This document shows, piece after piece, positions 10,377 to 19,795 of a DNA stretch of 64,000 nt (the first letter of the stretch is position 1; each line of letters starts with the position of its first letter). The stretch lies in IMG/VR virus record IMGVR_UViG_2615840593_000003, positions 32,001-96,000 of that record, one strand, 5' to 3'. The notes beneath the pieces are model-generated. The model saw only the letters and a list, made by a program, of their open reading frames with translations, was not told where the DNA came from and made no database searches. Origin of the DNA: a virus (taxonomy: Duplodnaviria > Caudoviricetes). The position numbers and the translations under genes were made by a program.

Positions 10377-10751
10377 TTCATTCTCCTTTAAAAATTAATT
10401 ATTTTTCTTATTAAGATGAATCCATATAAATGATGTTAGAATAGCAATCAATAAACTATCTGTAATAGCACCATCTTTTGTTGGCGTACTCCATTCAAGA
10501 AAGTAGCTCGTAGCCAATGCAATATTAACGACAATAAATAATCCGATTGCAAAATTTAGTATTTTATTATCCATCTATGTCATCTTCTTTATTATTTATT
10601 TCGTTAATCTTTTTGGTATATTTCAACGTTAATTCTTGTGTTAAAATGCCTCCGTGATTATCATACTCATTGATTAAGTCGATAATTAATTGTACTGCTT
10701 TACTTGTTTTCAATTTTTACTTCATCCTTTCAATAATACTTATTTATTATA

Positions 10752-11000
10752 TTATTTTATTTCTCTAATAACACCTAAGTTTCTTCCACCAAAATCAAAT
10801 GAACTAACCCCACCGCATTCAGATAATACGTACTCTTTCTTACCATCCATACTAGTCGCTACCCAACATATTTCATAGACACCTTTCTTATCTAGGTGTA
10901 CTCTAATTGGTAATACATTTAAATCAATAATTCCGAATTCCTCAACTTCAACTAAATTAGAAGTCACCATTGATTCGTAATACGGTTTAATCATTCTCAT
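10752..11000 (-). CDS. Hypothetical protein
   Basis: 82-aa ORF. Confidence 0.6.
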   Translation of the reverse strand: MRMIKPYYESMVTSNLVEVEEFGIIDLNVLPIRVHLDKKGVYEICWVATSMDGKKEYVLSECGGVSSFDFGGRNLGVIREIK

Positions 11001-11083
11001 CCATCCTCAATCATTTTATTTGAAACATCAATAAGCAAAGTGCTAACATGTACACTATATAAGTTGTAAAGGATTGATCATGT

Positions 11084-11245
11084 ATGTCTGAAAGTCAAAA
11101 TCCCAAAGTAGTTAATTTAGATGAGTACATTGCTTTGAAAAACCTTATAAACAGTATCTCCGATGATGAACTTGAAACTGCTAAAAAATATATAGAAGCT
11201 TTAGAACAAGTCAATAAGAATACTGATACTAAACCTAAAGGATGA
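11084..11245 (+). CDS. Small counter-oriented protein (53 aa)
   Basis: Own translation MSESQNPKVVNLDEYIALKNLINSISDDELETAKKYIEALEQVNKNTDTKPKG; RBS aaagga; followed by a terminator. Confidence 0.65.
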   Translation: MSESQNPKVVNLDEYIALKNLINSISDDELETAKKYIEALEQVNKNTDTKPKG

Positions 11246-11261
11246 AATCATCCTTTTTTTT
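11237..11261 (+). terminator. Rho-independent terminator
   Basis: aaaggatga-aa-tcatccttt followed by a T run. Confidence 0.75.
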
Positions 11262-11297
11262 ATTTTTCATTTAATAAATCCATTCTACTATTTAAAA

Positions 11298-11924
11298 CTA
11301 TGAAACAACTTTATCATTCAAATAGTGGAGTATGTAATTTCGCATATGCTTTCTAAAAACTTTCATTGTGTAATGAACCGTCTTTGGACTTACACCGATT
11401 AACGGTGCTACTTTTGTTGCAGGTATTTCTTTAATTGCTAAAGGTATAAGATATGGGTAGTATTTATCCATAATAAATCCCTTCGCATATTCAACTGCAT
11501 TATGTAAATATGTATAATCTTCTTTATGTAGTACATCTTTTTCAGACATATTTATAATATCAATTAACCTACTTCCATCACCGTCATTTACATTTTCGTC
11601 TAAATAACAGAATGACTGATCTAAGTCGTTTCTCATCTTTCTACTAGCATTATTGAGACTAACATTAACTTCATTCACCATCACGATATAACAATAAGAA
11701 GAAAATTTACACTTATTCTCTCCACTATAAGCTTTTACAGCTCTTACAAAACCTAAAACACAAGCATCTTCTATATCTTCTTTTCTGATGACAATGACAT
11801 TATTAAACTTCTTTATTACCTTATGTATAAGTCCTTTATTTCTTTTGTAAAGCACTTCAAATGCTAACTCATTATTGTCGGTTTTATATAACTCTACTAA
11901 TTCTTCATTTGTTAATTTTTCCAT
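11298..11924 (-). CDS. Phage sigma-70 family RNA polymerase sigma factor
   Basis: LTNEELV...AFEVLY; region 2 EDIEDACVLGFVRAVKAY...KFSSYCY; C-terminal HTH VAPLIGVSPKTV. Confidence 0.85.
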   Translation of the reverse strand: MEKLTNEELVELYKTDNNELAFEVLYKRNKGLIHKVIKKFNNVIVIRKEDIEDACVLGFVRAVKAYSGENKCKFSSYCYIVMVNEVNVSLNNASRKMRNDLDQSFCYLDENVNDGDGSRLIDIINMSEKDVLHKEDYTYLHNAVEYAKGFIMDKYYPYLIPLAIKEIPATKVAPLIGVSPKTVHYTMKVFRKHMRNYILHYLNDKVVS

Positions 11925-11935
11925 TCAAATACCAT

Positions 11936-12244
11936 TTACCCTTCTTGACTCCAAATAAAGTACTCAGTATGTAATTCTGATTTTCGTTTACGTGGTCGTT
12001 TAACATCAAATAATACCTTTGTGCCATTTTCTTTGAATGGGTAGCGTTCTGTATTTTCAACATCATGAATACTGATACCTCGTCCTAACATATTTGAGTC
12101 TGTTGCTTCTGATGTGAATTGTTCAGAACATCCACCTTTTGTTAACATTACATCATTTGCACTATGAAATTCTACTACTTTATATGTATTTTTTAATTCC
12201 TTTATTTGGTCAATTATAAATTGATTTAATGTAATATTGCTCAT
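11936..12244 (-). CDS. Hypothetical protein
   Basis: 102-aa ORF coupled to neighbouring genes. Confidence 0.7.
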   Translation of the reverse strand: MSNITLNQFIIDQIKELKNTYKVVEFHSANDVMLTKGGCSEQFTSEATDSNMLGRGISIHDVENTERYPFKENGTKVLFDVKRPRKRKSELHTEYFIWSQEG

Positions 12245-12492
12245 AAGTCATCCTCTCCTATCTCGCATAATCCTAACGCTATATTGATTGCATAAGCTAT
12301 TCTGTACTTATCTTCTAACTCTGTAATAAAATCAATTACTTCATTACAAATGTCATTTGGGTGTACTCCACTGTAAGCTTTAGCTATAGCACTAACTATC
12401 ACATCTGTTACATATCTACTCTGTTCAATTTTAGCTGTAGCTTGAAATGCCTTATCACGTAATTCCATTAACTCTTTTGATATTTTAATCAA
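12241..12492 (-). CDS. Hypothetical protein
   Basis: 83-aa ORF with RBS. Confidence 0.65.
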   Translation of the reverse strand: MIKISKELMELRDKAFQATAKIEQSRYVTDVIVSAIAKAYSGVHPNDICNEVIDFITELEDKYRIAYAINIALGLCEIGEDDL

Positions 12493-12519
12493 CGCTCATT
12501 CACTCCTTTGTTATCAATA

Positions 12520-12741
12520 TCAAACTTTGTTATTTAGTAATCTACCTTTTCTCGGTAATGTTATACTCAATACCCCATCAACTTTCAGTAATTCATTTTT
12601 ACTTTTATCTGTATCGATAAATAATATGTTTATTACTGGTGATTTATATGTAATTGAACCAAGCTTAGATAATTCTTCAAGTGTTTCTTTGTCCTTATAT
12701 GTAATTATGTATTGATAAGATGTATTTCTACTGGATCGCAT
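12520..12741 (-). CDS. Small protein resembling a stand-alone subtilase propeptide (I9-like fold)
   Basis: YIITYKD...LSKLGSITYKSPVINILFI...LLKVDGVLSI pattern; fold call tentative. Confidence 0.4.
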   Translation of the reverse strand: MRSSRNTSYQYIITYKDKETLEELSKLGSITYKSPVINILFIDTDKSKNELLKVDGVLSITLPRKGRLLNNKV

Positions 12742-12822
12742 TTCGTCTTATAAATGAATAACCATTTTCTCACCTCGATTCTTTGTTTGTATTTTTGAAT
12801 AAAAACATCCTATTATCGAAAG

Positions 12823-13041
12823 TTAAAATAATTCTCTTTCATCCTCATCTTCTCTATCAAAGTAGTAATCCTTAGAGTGGTTGTCTATATGTAGAAATTT
12901 CTTTATGCTATTTAAAGCATCTATCGAAGAGTCAAAGTGTTTTCTGACATGGTCTGCGAATTCTATACTAGAGTTAGACTGAGCAAGCTCACTTAAATTT
13001 CCATCTAAAATTTTAAACAATGAATTTAATTCTTTGCTCAT
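12823..13041 (-). CDS. Hypothetical protein
   Basis: 72-aa ORF. Confidence 0.6.
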   Translation of the reverse strand: MSKELNSLFKILDGNLSELAQSNSSIEFADHVRKHFDSSIDALNSIKKFLHIDNHSKDYYFDREDEDERELF

Positions 13042-13043
13042 AG

Positions 13044-13610
13044 TTATTTACCTACCAATCCGAAATAATCATTTAAATAATGATATTTTCTTTTATTTTT
13101 AGTGAATTTCTTTGTTTGATCATTCTTCTTTATATGTACAATTTTATTACCTATCACACGTATTTCCATCGAACCATAATTAAATACATGTCTTCTACTG
13201 AATACTTTTGGTTTCCCTTTACCAAAATTGCTTGATAGAATAACATTTCGAGTTAACTTCTTCTTAGTATCGTCAAATGAAGTATTTTCATTCTTTAAAA
13301 ATGTATTGCAGTAGTACTGATAAGCTTCTTCGGAAATCTCAAGTGGTTTATTTAATAAACGTTCCTCAACTTTTTTCCAATATACCTTTCTTTCCTCAAG
13401 TGTTGCTCTTCGAACAACACTCTTTAGAGGCTTATACTTTGTAGTTTTATTGTAGCCTACAAAGTTAGCAAGTTGATGTTTACCTTGACTATCAACTATA
13501 AGTACATCTCCACGTTTTAGATTTTTAATGCCAGTATTAAATCCGTACACTACCCCTTTGTCTTGTCCACTTATCAAATTAAAAGTAACTTCTGCGATCA
13601 TTTTCACCAA
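13044..13610 (-). CDS. Hypothetical basic protein
   Basis: 188-aa ORF coupled to the upstream gene. Confidence 0.7.
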   Translation of the reverse strand: MVKMIAEVTFNLISGQDKGVVYGFNTGIKNLKRGDVLIVDSQGKHQLANFVGYNKTTKYKPLKSVVRRATLEERKVYWKKVEERLLNKPLEISEEAYQYYCNTFLKNENTSFDDTKKKLTRNVILSSNFGKGKPKVFSRRHVFNYGSMEIRVIGNKIVHIKKNDQTKKFTKNKRKYHYLNDYFGLVGK

Positions 13611-13804
13611 TCCCCTTCCACTATTTTATTGTTTATCGATTCAGCTTCGTTCTCGACACTGTGCCATTCATTAGATATTTGAAGATTTAATTCTCCCATT
13701 TCTTGATAACCTATTTTCATTTGCTCGATCATAGCTTGTCTTAACTTGTCATCTATTATGGAATCATTACTTATTTGCTTTATCTCTTCAAACATTAACA
13801 ACAT
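13604..13804 (-). CDS. Orphan MazE/EndoAI-like antitoxin C-terminal domain
   Basis: EQMKIGYQEMGELNLQISNEWHSVENEAE resembles the B. subtilis EndoAI toxin-binding region (recalled as DLMRRGYMEMAKINLNISSEAHFAECEAE); no RHH domain. Confidence 0.75.
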   Translation of the reverse strand: MLLMFEEIKQISNDSIIDDKLRQAMIEQMKIGYQEMGELNLQISNEWHSVENEAESINNKIVEGDW

Positions 13805-13981
13805 CTCCGTTTCATTATTATGTATTTTATTAATTAATCACCGACATTTGCTACATAACAACTATTTATTTATAATGAGAATGTTATAGTTTTCATTTAT
13901 TTGTTTTCTTTGATAAATATATCTTAATCTACCAACCAATTAATTTCAAGTATTTTTTATGTATTTTATTAATTAATTTCC

Positions 13982-14176
13982 TTATGTATTCAACTTCTCA
14001 TTATTACCTAAACTACTGATATCGATGATAATAGCTACAATGACGCCAATAACACCTATTAAATTTGTACCTATTACTGCACTAATACTATGATAGTTTA
14101 CAAAGAACCAAAACCAAGACCAGAAAAATAGGCTACAGCTTGTGATTAGGATATTTCTTACTATAAATTCTTTCAT
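13982..14176 (-). CDS. Small membrane protein
   Basis: Two hydrophobic helices. Confidence 0.6.
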   Translation of the reverse strand: MKEFIVRNILITSCSLFFWSWFWFFVNYHSISAVIGTNLIGVIGVIVAIIIDISSLGNNEKLNT

Positions 14177-14448
14177 GGCTTACTCCTTAAATTTATTACT
14201 TTCACATCTTCATCACCAATATATCTTTTCAATTCCTCTAATTCTTGTTTAAATACAAATGTCTTACCGTAAATATCAGGTACTTCAACTAATAGATATC
14301 TACTATCATCTTTCTCTAAATCATGTATACATTGATTGCACATCTGCACTCCAGAGTCTCCAAAAGCATCGGTTGTCATATCATCTGATGGATAAACATC
14401 TTTACATCTAATACATTTTTTACAGTTCCAGTTCATAATCAATATCAC
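14173..14448 (-). CDS. Hypothetical zinc-finger protein
   Basis: CxxC...CxxC motifs. Confidence 0.6.
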   Translation of the reverse strand: MILIMNWNCKKCIRCKDVYPSDDMTTDAFGDSGVQMCNQCIHDLEKDDSRYLLVEVPDIYGKTFVFKQELEELKRYIGDEDVKVINLRSKP

Positions 14449-14694
14449 TCCTAAATATTTTTATAAAATTCCACTATTATAAAAGTGGTCAACAACTACA
14501 AAGTTGTGCTTAGTAATTACCACTCAACACATATTACTCTTTTTCTTACCGCACTTTGTACATTCTAAGTAAGGGAAATAACTTCGGTTATCTATCTCTT
14601 TATACTTATGTCCAAACAATAAACAAAAAAGAATGTTCATCATATTACCTCCTGTATATAATTTTTCAATAGTTTAAATAAAAGAGTGGTTTCA

Positions 14695-15297
14695 TTAAAA
14701 CTCAACAGTGATCGATTTATCCATCAAAATTTCATAACACTTAACTACCAATCTAATTTGATAAGCAATATCATCAAAAGCATCATGCTTACGTTCGCTT
14801 TCATCTGTTACTGACTCTTTAATCTCATCTTCAGTTAATCCTGATTTCATACTTGCCAATTCTAAAATTGTACGTACATCACGATCATTCTTATAATAAA
14901 TTGGATACTTCAATCCACTGCGCCCATTGAGATTAGTCTGTAATTTTGCATTATCGAATAGGATACCATTACCCCATAAGTAAACATCCTTCATGTCTCC
15001 TGTAGTTGATTGCGCTTCTAACCACTTATGCAATGCTTCAAATAAATTATATTCTTCATATGTACCTTTATTAATCAATTCGGTAAGCAATTCTTTATCT
15101 GTATTTAACCACCATTTTAAAGTTGAGCCATCAACATTCAAGTTGCTGTACTTATCAATATCACCTATTAAATTAATAGAATCATGCTTGTCCCCTGTTT
15201 GAATGTTGAAGCTCATTGCTGAAATTTGAAATACAGTCGCATTTTCTCCAGTACCTAGTGTTTCAATATCAACCATTATATCTTTACGCATATTCAA
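14695..15297 (-). CDS. DEDDh 3'-5' exo(ribo)nuclease
   Basis: MVDIETLG, WGNGILFD, RDVRT, HDAFDD. Confidence 0.85.
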   Translation of the reverse strand: MNMRKDIMVDIETLGTGENATVFQISAMSFNIQTGDKHDSINLIGDIDKYSNLNVDGSTLKWWLNTDKELLTELINKGTYEEYNLFEALHKWLEAQSTTGDMKDVYLWGNGILFDNAKLQTNLNGRSGLKYPIYYKNDRDVRTILELASMKSGLTEDEIKESVTDESERKHDAFDDIAYQIRLVVKCYEILMDKSITVEF

Positions 15298-15547
15298 TTC
15301 TCCTTATTATGTATATGTATTTTAAAATCCTACGTACTTCATCAATATTTGGAATGGACGACAATCGTTTGAAATGTATCGCATATTACTCCCTACCTGC
15401 CATCCATTCTTATTACTTTCTACAATGTTTTCATGCAGCTCAATCTCATTACTTGCTTTAAGAATCTTCTTTCCGTTAAATTTATTAAATTCCATCTTTA
15501 TATCCTCTTTTATGTATAATTTTAATAAAATCTATATATTATGTATT

Positions 15548-15742
15548 TCAATATTTAATCTCTTTAACTATTCCTGTCTTCAGCATATATTTAGTGTAAC
15601 AAATTGAGTCACAGTATAAGTTACAATCATCTACTAGGTACTCATTCTCTCTGGTTAGTTCATTTAAACATTCTTTATTTGCACATTGACCAATCACATT
15701 ATTCTCCTTTAAATTATTCAGTATCTTCACCTTCTCCAACAT
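15548..15742 (-). CDS. Small Cys-rich protein
   Basis: CANKEC...YCDSIC; RBS within the upstream gene. Confidence 0.55.
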   Translation of the reverse strand: MLEKVKILNNLKENNVIGQCANKECLNELTRENEYLVDDCNLYCDSICYTKYMLKTGIVKEIKY

Positions 15743-15953
15743 TATTATTTTCTTGGAGTGGATTATACTCTTTTGTTAACTCTAAATATTTGAATCCTGC
15801 ACCTATTTTCAGGTCTACCATTTGCTTAATAAGCCAGTCACATCTTGCAGTCCACGAAACCATGTTGTCATCATTATTAAACATTGAACCTTCATCATGT
15901 TCGTTAATAATTGAATCAAAAGTATTCTTTAAATTCTTGATATCTTTATTCAT
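15714..15953 (-). CDS. Hypothetical protein
   Basis: 79-aa ORF, RBS aggtg. Confidence 0.6.
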   Translation of the reverse strand: MNKDIKNLKNTFDSIINEHDEGSMFNNDDNMVSWTARCDWLIKQMVDLKIGAGFKYLELTKEYNPLQENNNVGEGEDTE

Positions 15954-15981
15954 TTGTATCTCACCTTTATGTATATGTATT

Positions 15982-16371
15982 TTAATCTACTCGTCTTAAT
16001 TTTGTTTGCATCATTTTATGACATTCCGAATCTGCTTTTTTAATTTTATAATGTCTTCTGTATTTCCATCTTATGTTTGACTTTGTTACTTTAAGTAAAT
16101 GTGCTATGTATCGAAAATCTTCATTATTAAATTTACCATGTTTAACTCCATAGACAGTAGTTAAGGAATCTGTATATAATGTTACTCCTTTCCAACCTTT
16201 CTTTAATGCCATTTGTAAAGCCTTGACTATAGTTGTTGCTTCTGCTTTAGTTGAAGATTCATCAAATCCAATAAAAGTTCTTCTTTTAATTCTCTTGTTT
16301 CCTTTCATGACGTAGTAATGATGAGTAGATGATCCATCCTTATAACCACTATCAGTATAAATTTTAATCAT
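15982..16371 (-). CDS. RNase H-like protein
   Basis: IKIYTDSG, STKAEA, LYTDS, KKADSEC; start at MIKIY with RBS gaggt. Confidence 0.75.
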   Translation of the reverse strand: MIKIYTDSGYKDGSSTHHYYVMKGNKRIKRRTFIGFDESSTKAEATTIVKALQMALKKGWKGVTLYTDSLTTVYGVKHGKFNNEDFRYIAHLLKVTKSNIRWKYRRHYKIKKADSECHKMMQTKLRRVD

Positions 16372-16394
16372 ATGTATTACCTCTATTATGTATT

Positions 16395-16604
16395 TTATGT
16401 ATTTGCTTTCCACTTGGCTTTAGAATTATCCATAAGATTGATCATTTCATCTATCCAGTTTTGTGCAGATTGTTTATCTTTGTATGTCTTATCAAATATC
16501 CACCCATCCTCATCTCTTATTATTTTAAAACCATCTCCCCATCTATTAGGAGAAATGAACAATCCAAAATCTTCATATCGTTTTTTACTATATTTCTTAA
16601 TCAT
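16395..16604 (-). CDS. Hypothetical protein
   Basis: 69-aa ORF, RBS aggtgg. Confidence 0.65.
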   Translation of the reverse strand: MIKKYSKKRYEDFGLFISPNRWGDGFKIIRDEDGWIFDKTYKDKQSAQNWIDEMINLMDNSKAKWKANT

Positions 16605-16707
16605 AACATACCACCTTTATGTATTTTTTAATATATTTAATTTCAAGGTGCGACATTAGAGACATTGCCAATACCACACCCTAATATTAACCTACTTCAA
16701 TGATTAA

Positions 16708-17151
16708 TCAGGTAATTTTACGAAGAACTATGTAATTAGGGTAATTCTGCTCTAAATACAACTTCATCTCATTAATATTTTTTACATTTTCCATCTCTAT
16801 GGTAGTCTGAGATTCGCCGTTGAATAAGAGCGCAAACGTTGGTGTTAAGACAATACTGTAATCATCTTTACAATTAATCCTTATCATATCGTGCACTTTA
16901 AATGTCTTGTTATTAGAAGGGTAGTATTTTAGTTCTGCTTCTTTGTTAAAAAATACTATATCCTCACCTTCATCATCAATCTCTAATATTTTAGTAAATT
17001 TTAAATCTAGGCACTCATTCAGTATTTTTTTACCTTTAATGCTTGTTACAGAAAGTCCATCAGGAGCTATCAATCCGTCAAATCGAGTCAATAATTCCTC
17101 TGGTGTTTGGTCAGAAATGGCTAATTCTGCCTCAATTTTTGCTATTATCAT
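16708..17151 (-). CDS. Hypothetical protein behind an SOS-box promoter
   Basis: 147-aa ORF, RBS aggggg; own promoter and Cheo box. Confidence 0.7.
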   Translation of the reverse strand: MIIAKIEAELAISDQTPEELLTRFDGLIAPDGLSVTSIKGKKILNECLDLKFTKILEIDDEGEDIVFFNKEAELKYYPSNNKTFKVHDMIRINCKDDYSIVLTPTFALLFNGESQTTIEMENVKNINEMKLYLEQNYPNYIVLRKIT

Positions 17152-17218
17152 GCTTATATTCCCCCTTTTGAAAAGTATTTACTATAAGTACAGTGAAATT
17201 CACCATTGCTATAATCCA

Positions 17219-17271
17219 ATTTTACCAATCATCCAAAATTATGTCAATACCGAAATACAAACGTTTGTTCT
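17219..17271 (-). promoter_or_regulatory. sigmaA promoter with LexA (Cheo) box
   Basis: TTGACA(17242-47)-17bp-TAAAAT(17219-24) with extended TG; AGAACAAACGTTTG at 17258-17271. Confidence 0.7.
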
Positions 17272-17420
17272 CGTTTTTGTTCGATACTTCTTAATAATAT
17301 TTAAGTTATATTGATTTCATTATTTAAATATTATTAGCAAATACCAAATAAATTTTGTGTATTTTTTTATTTTATGTATAAAGGAAACCGAATGTCTTAC
17401 ATTCAGTCCTTTTTATATTC

Positions 17421-18395
17421 TTAGAAGTTTAATTTAAAATTTCCATACTCTTCTTCCATAAAATCTATATCGATGATCTCTTTAAATCTCATGAACGATG
17501 GATATTTTTTTCCTTTAATTTCCAAACTATATAGATCAAATTTTTCAGCTACTTTAGTTGCTATTTCTTTAGTTAGAACTCTATCGCTACCCATAAATTT
17601 ATTAGCATAATACATCACACCAGAGTTACCAATGGAAGTTGTAGTTATTTGTACGTCATCAAATGCAACCTTAACTACGTTTATAATAATGTTCTGTAAC
17701 ATTGGTATTGAAATACGTACATCGTTGCCGCCCACTCTACTTTTTCTGAATACATACTCTCCATCAACAATACGATTAGTTCTGCCATTTACACTTTTAT
17801 ATTCTTGTGTCTGATAAGTTTCAATAAGCATATCATATAGTTCTTTTGATATTTCTAACTGTCTGTTAGTCAAATCAACTTCATCACTTAGTAAAGAAGC
17901 GTAGTATTTATCTTCTCTCTCAGTTAAATCTTCTCTTCTTAAATTAATTATTTCTGAAAATTTATTTCCGCTAATACCCTCAAATAAGGCTAAAACCAAA
18001 GCTTTATCTCTTACATTGTTAATGTTTTCAAAGTACTTAAATAAATCATTTCTTGTATAATATTTAATTCCTTCTCTATACAAGTATTTAGAAACAAACT
18101 CAGTGTTTATAGTATCAATAATTGGATTAAGTGAACTCTCTCCATATCCATTATCTTTTGCCCATGTAATATAATTTTTTATAGTATTGAAGAAGTTTAC
18201 AGCAGAACGTTCTGTTTTTCTTTGTACCCAATAAAACAATTCTTCTAACATATCAAAGTCCATGTCAAATAAATCTTTACCTTTTTGAGCCTCAAATGAT
18301 TCTGTTCTTTTAAAATATAATCTATATTGATTTTTAGTTTCTTCAGCATGTTCTGAAGCTTTTAAAAAGGCTTCCTTATAATCGGCATTATACAT
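17421..18395 (-). CDS. yopR: YopR/MrpR-like master repressor (degenerate tyrosine-recombinase fold)
   Basis: MYNADYKEAFL N-terminus; RDKALVLALFEGISG lacks the catalytic Arg; third gene of the yopP-Q-R triad. Confidence 0.75.
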   Translation of the reverse strand: MYNADYKEAFLKASEHAEETKNQYRLYFKRTESFEAQKGKDLFDMDFDMLEELFYWVQRKTERSAVNFFNTIKNYITWAKDNGYGESSLNPIIDTINTEFVSKYLYREGIKYYTRNDLFKYFENINNVRDKALVLALFEGISGNKFSEIINLRREDLTEREDKYYASLLSDEVDLTNRQLEISKELYDMLIETYQTQEYKSVNGRTNRIVDGEYVFRKSRVGGNDVRISIPMLQNIIINVVKVAFDDVQITTTSIGNSGVMYYANKFMGSDRVLTKEIATKVAEKFDLYSLEIKGKKYPSFMRFKEIIDIDFMEEEYGNFKLNF

Positions 18396-18407
18396 AAATT
18401 ACTCCTC

Positions 18408-19742
18408 CTATATTAGGCTTTCGAAATATTTAACAATACTGCTTCTATCTTTTTTAGACAGCTTACCAATATTCTTATTTAATAATTTATATTCATTCCA
18501 ACGAGTATTTTCAATGTGGAACTCATTAATATCTATAATTTTTTCTAATTCATCAAACTTCATTTCTTTATCATTCATCTTCTTCATTAATGCTAAATGA
18601 CCTTCAAAAATATCAGCATCAAAAAGAACTTTATATTCGTCATTTTCGTGCTTTCCAAAAATACCGAATAAATAGACTAAATATTCATTTATTTCCTCGG
18701 CAATTTTTCTAGCCTCTAATCTACTATTGATTTTGAAAATGTTGCTTATTGCAGTATATAAAGTGTTATAAGGGATAAATTCATTACCTTTTAGAGAATG
18801 CTTAATGTCTGTACTAGTTGTAATCCTATCTTTAAGTTCACCTTTTGACTTTAAAATGCTTATTACATCGCTTGCGTAATTTTCTTCTTTCAACTCATTG
18901 GCTCTACCTTTTGTCAAAGGAGTATGCTTATTTAAGTCTAATTGATATCTCTTAATTTCCTCATCTGATTTGTTGGATATAATTACAGGAAAAGACCCTT
19001 GAATACCTTTATCTCTAATATACGCACTATAAGTGCCCAAAGTTCTATGCATACCATCAACTATGTCTAATATAGTTCCTTCTGTTATAGTTAATGTATT
19101 CTTATCATTATCATAAATTAATTCTGACTCTTCTTCAGAACTAAATTGCTTGGCATTAAAAATCACAGTGGATGGTCTTAGTTTATTCTTTAAAGTTAAA
19201 TTTCTTATTTCATTTACTTTCTTTTGTAACACAATAGGTACTTCTGTCACTAATCCATATCTTGCAACCTTACGCATACCTCTTTGTACATTTGGGTTAT
19301 AATCTAATTTACCATATCTAAAAAGTCTACCGATTTCTTGTTTTGTAAAAGATGTTAAATAATATCCATCACCCAAATCAATAACATTTTGCTTTACCAT
19401 TGGAAAATCTATTTCATCCATCGATTGAACATCTACAAATTGGTAACTTTCAAATTCTTTTTTCTCACGTTCTGTAAACCAATCATTCATCCACTCGTGT
19501 TGATCAATACCTAACTTAATAACTAGTTGTTGACCAAACAGCGCTAGCTCTTCCCCGGTTAACTTCCCTACATTATTCGAATTGTTAAATAGTGAGTAAA
19601 TACTAGTTTTTTTAATTCCATGTTTACCATTTAAATGTTCAACTATAAGTTCTACTTCTTCTTTCTTAACTGTTGAAGCAAATAGATGTATCAAACTTTT
19701 AATTTCTGTTTCTAATTGCTCTCTTGTTTTATTAATTTGCAT
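18408..19742 (-). CDS. yopQ: YopQ-like DGQHR/DndB/ParB-fold protein
   Basis: YNPNVQRG, LDIVDGMHR; position between yopP-like and yopR-like genes. Confidence 0.7.
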   Translation of the reverse strand: MQINKTREQLETEIKSLIHLFASTVKKEEVELIVEHLNGKHGIKKTSIYSLFNNSNNVGKLTGEELALFGQQLVIKLGIDQHEWMNDWFTEREKKEFESYQFVDVQSMDEIDFPMVKQNVIDLGDGYYLTSFTKQEIGRLFRYGKLDYNPNVQRGMRKVARYGLVTEVPIVLQKKVNEIRNLTLKNKLRPSTVIFNAKQFSSEEESELIYDNDKNTLTITEGTILDIVDGMHRTLGTYSAYIRDKGIQGSFPVIISNKSDEEIKRYQLDLNKHTPLTKGRANELKEENYASDVISILKSKGELKDRITTSTDIKHSLKGNEFIPYNTLYTAISNIFKINSRLEARKIAEEINEYLVYLFGIFGKHENDEYKVLFDADIFEGHLALMKKMNDKEMKFDELEKIIDINEFHIENTRWNEYKLLNKNIGKLSKKDRSSIVKYFESLI

Positions 19743-19795
19743 ATACTAACGCCCCTTTCGCACTAGAGTAATTTTACCACTTTTTCTCTGTCTTG

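Noticed and set aside
18408-19742. Dnd phosphorothioation system
   Set aside because: Only a DGQHR-like motif; no dndC/D/E; position matches the yopQ regulator
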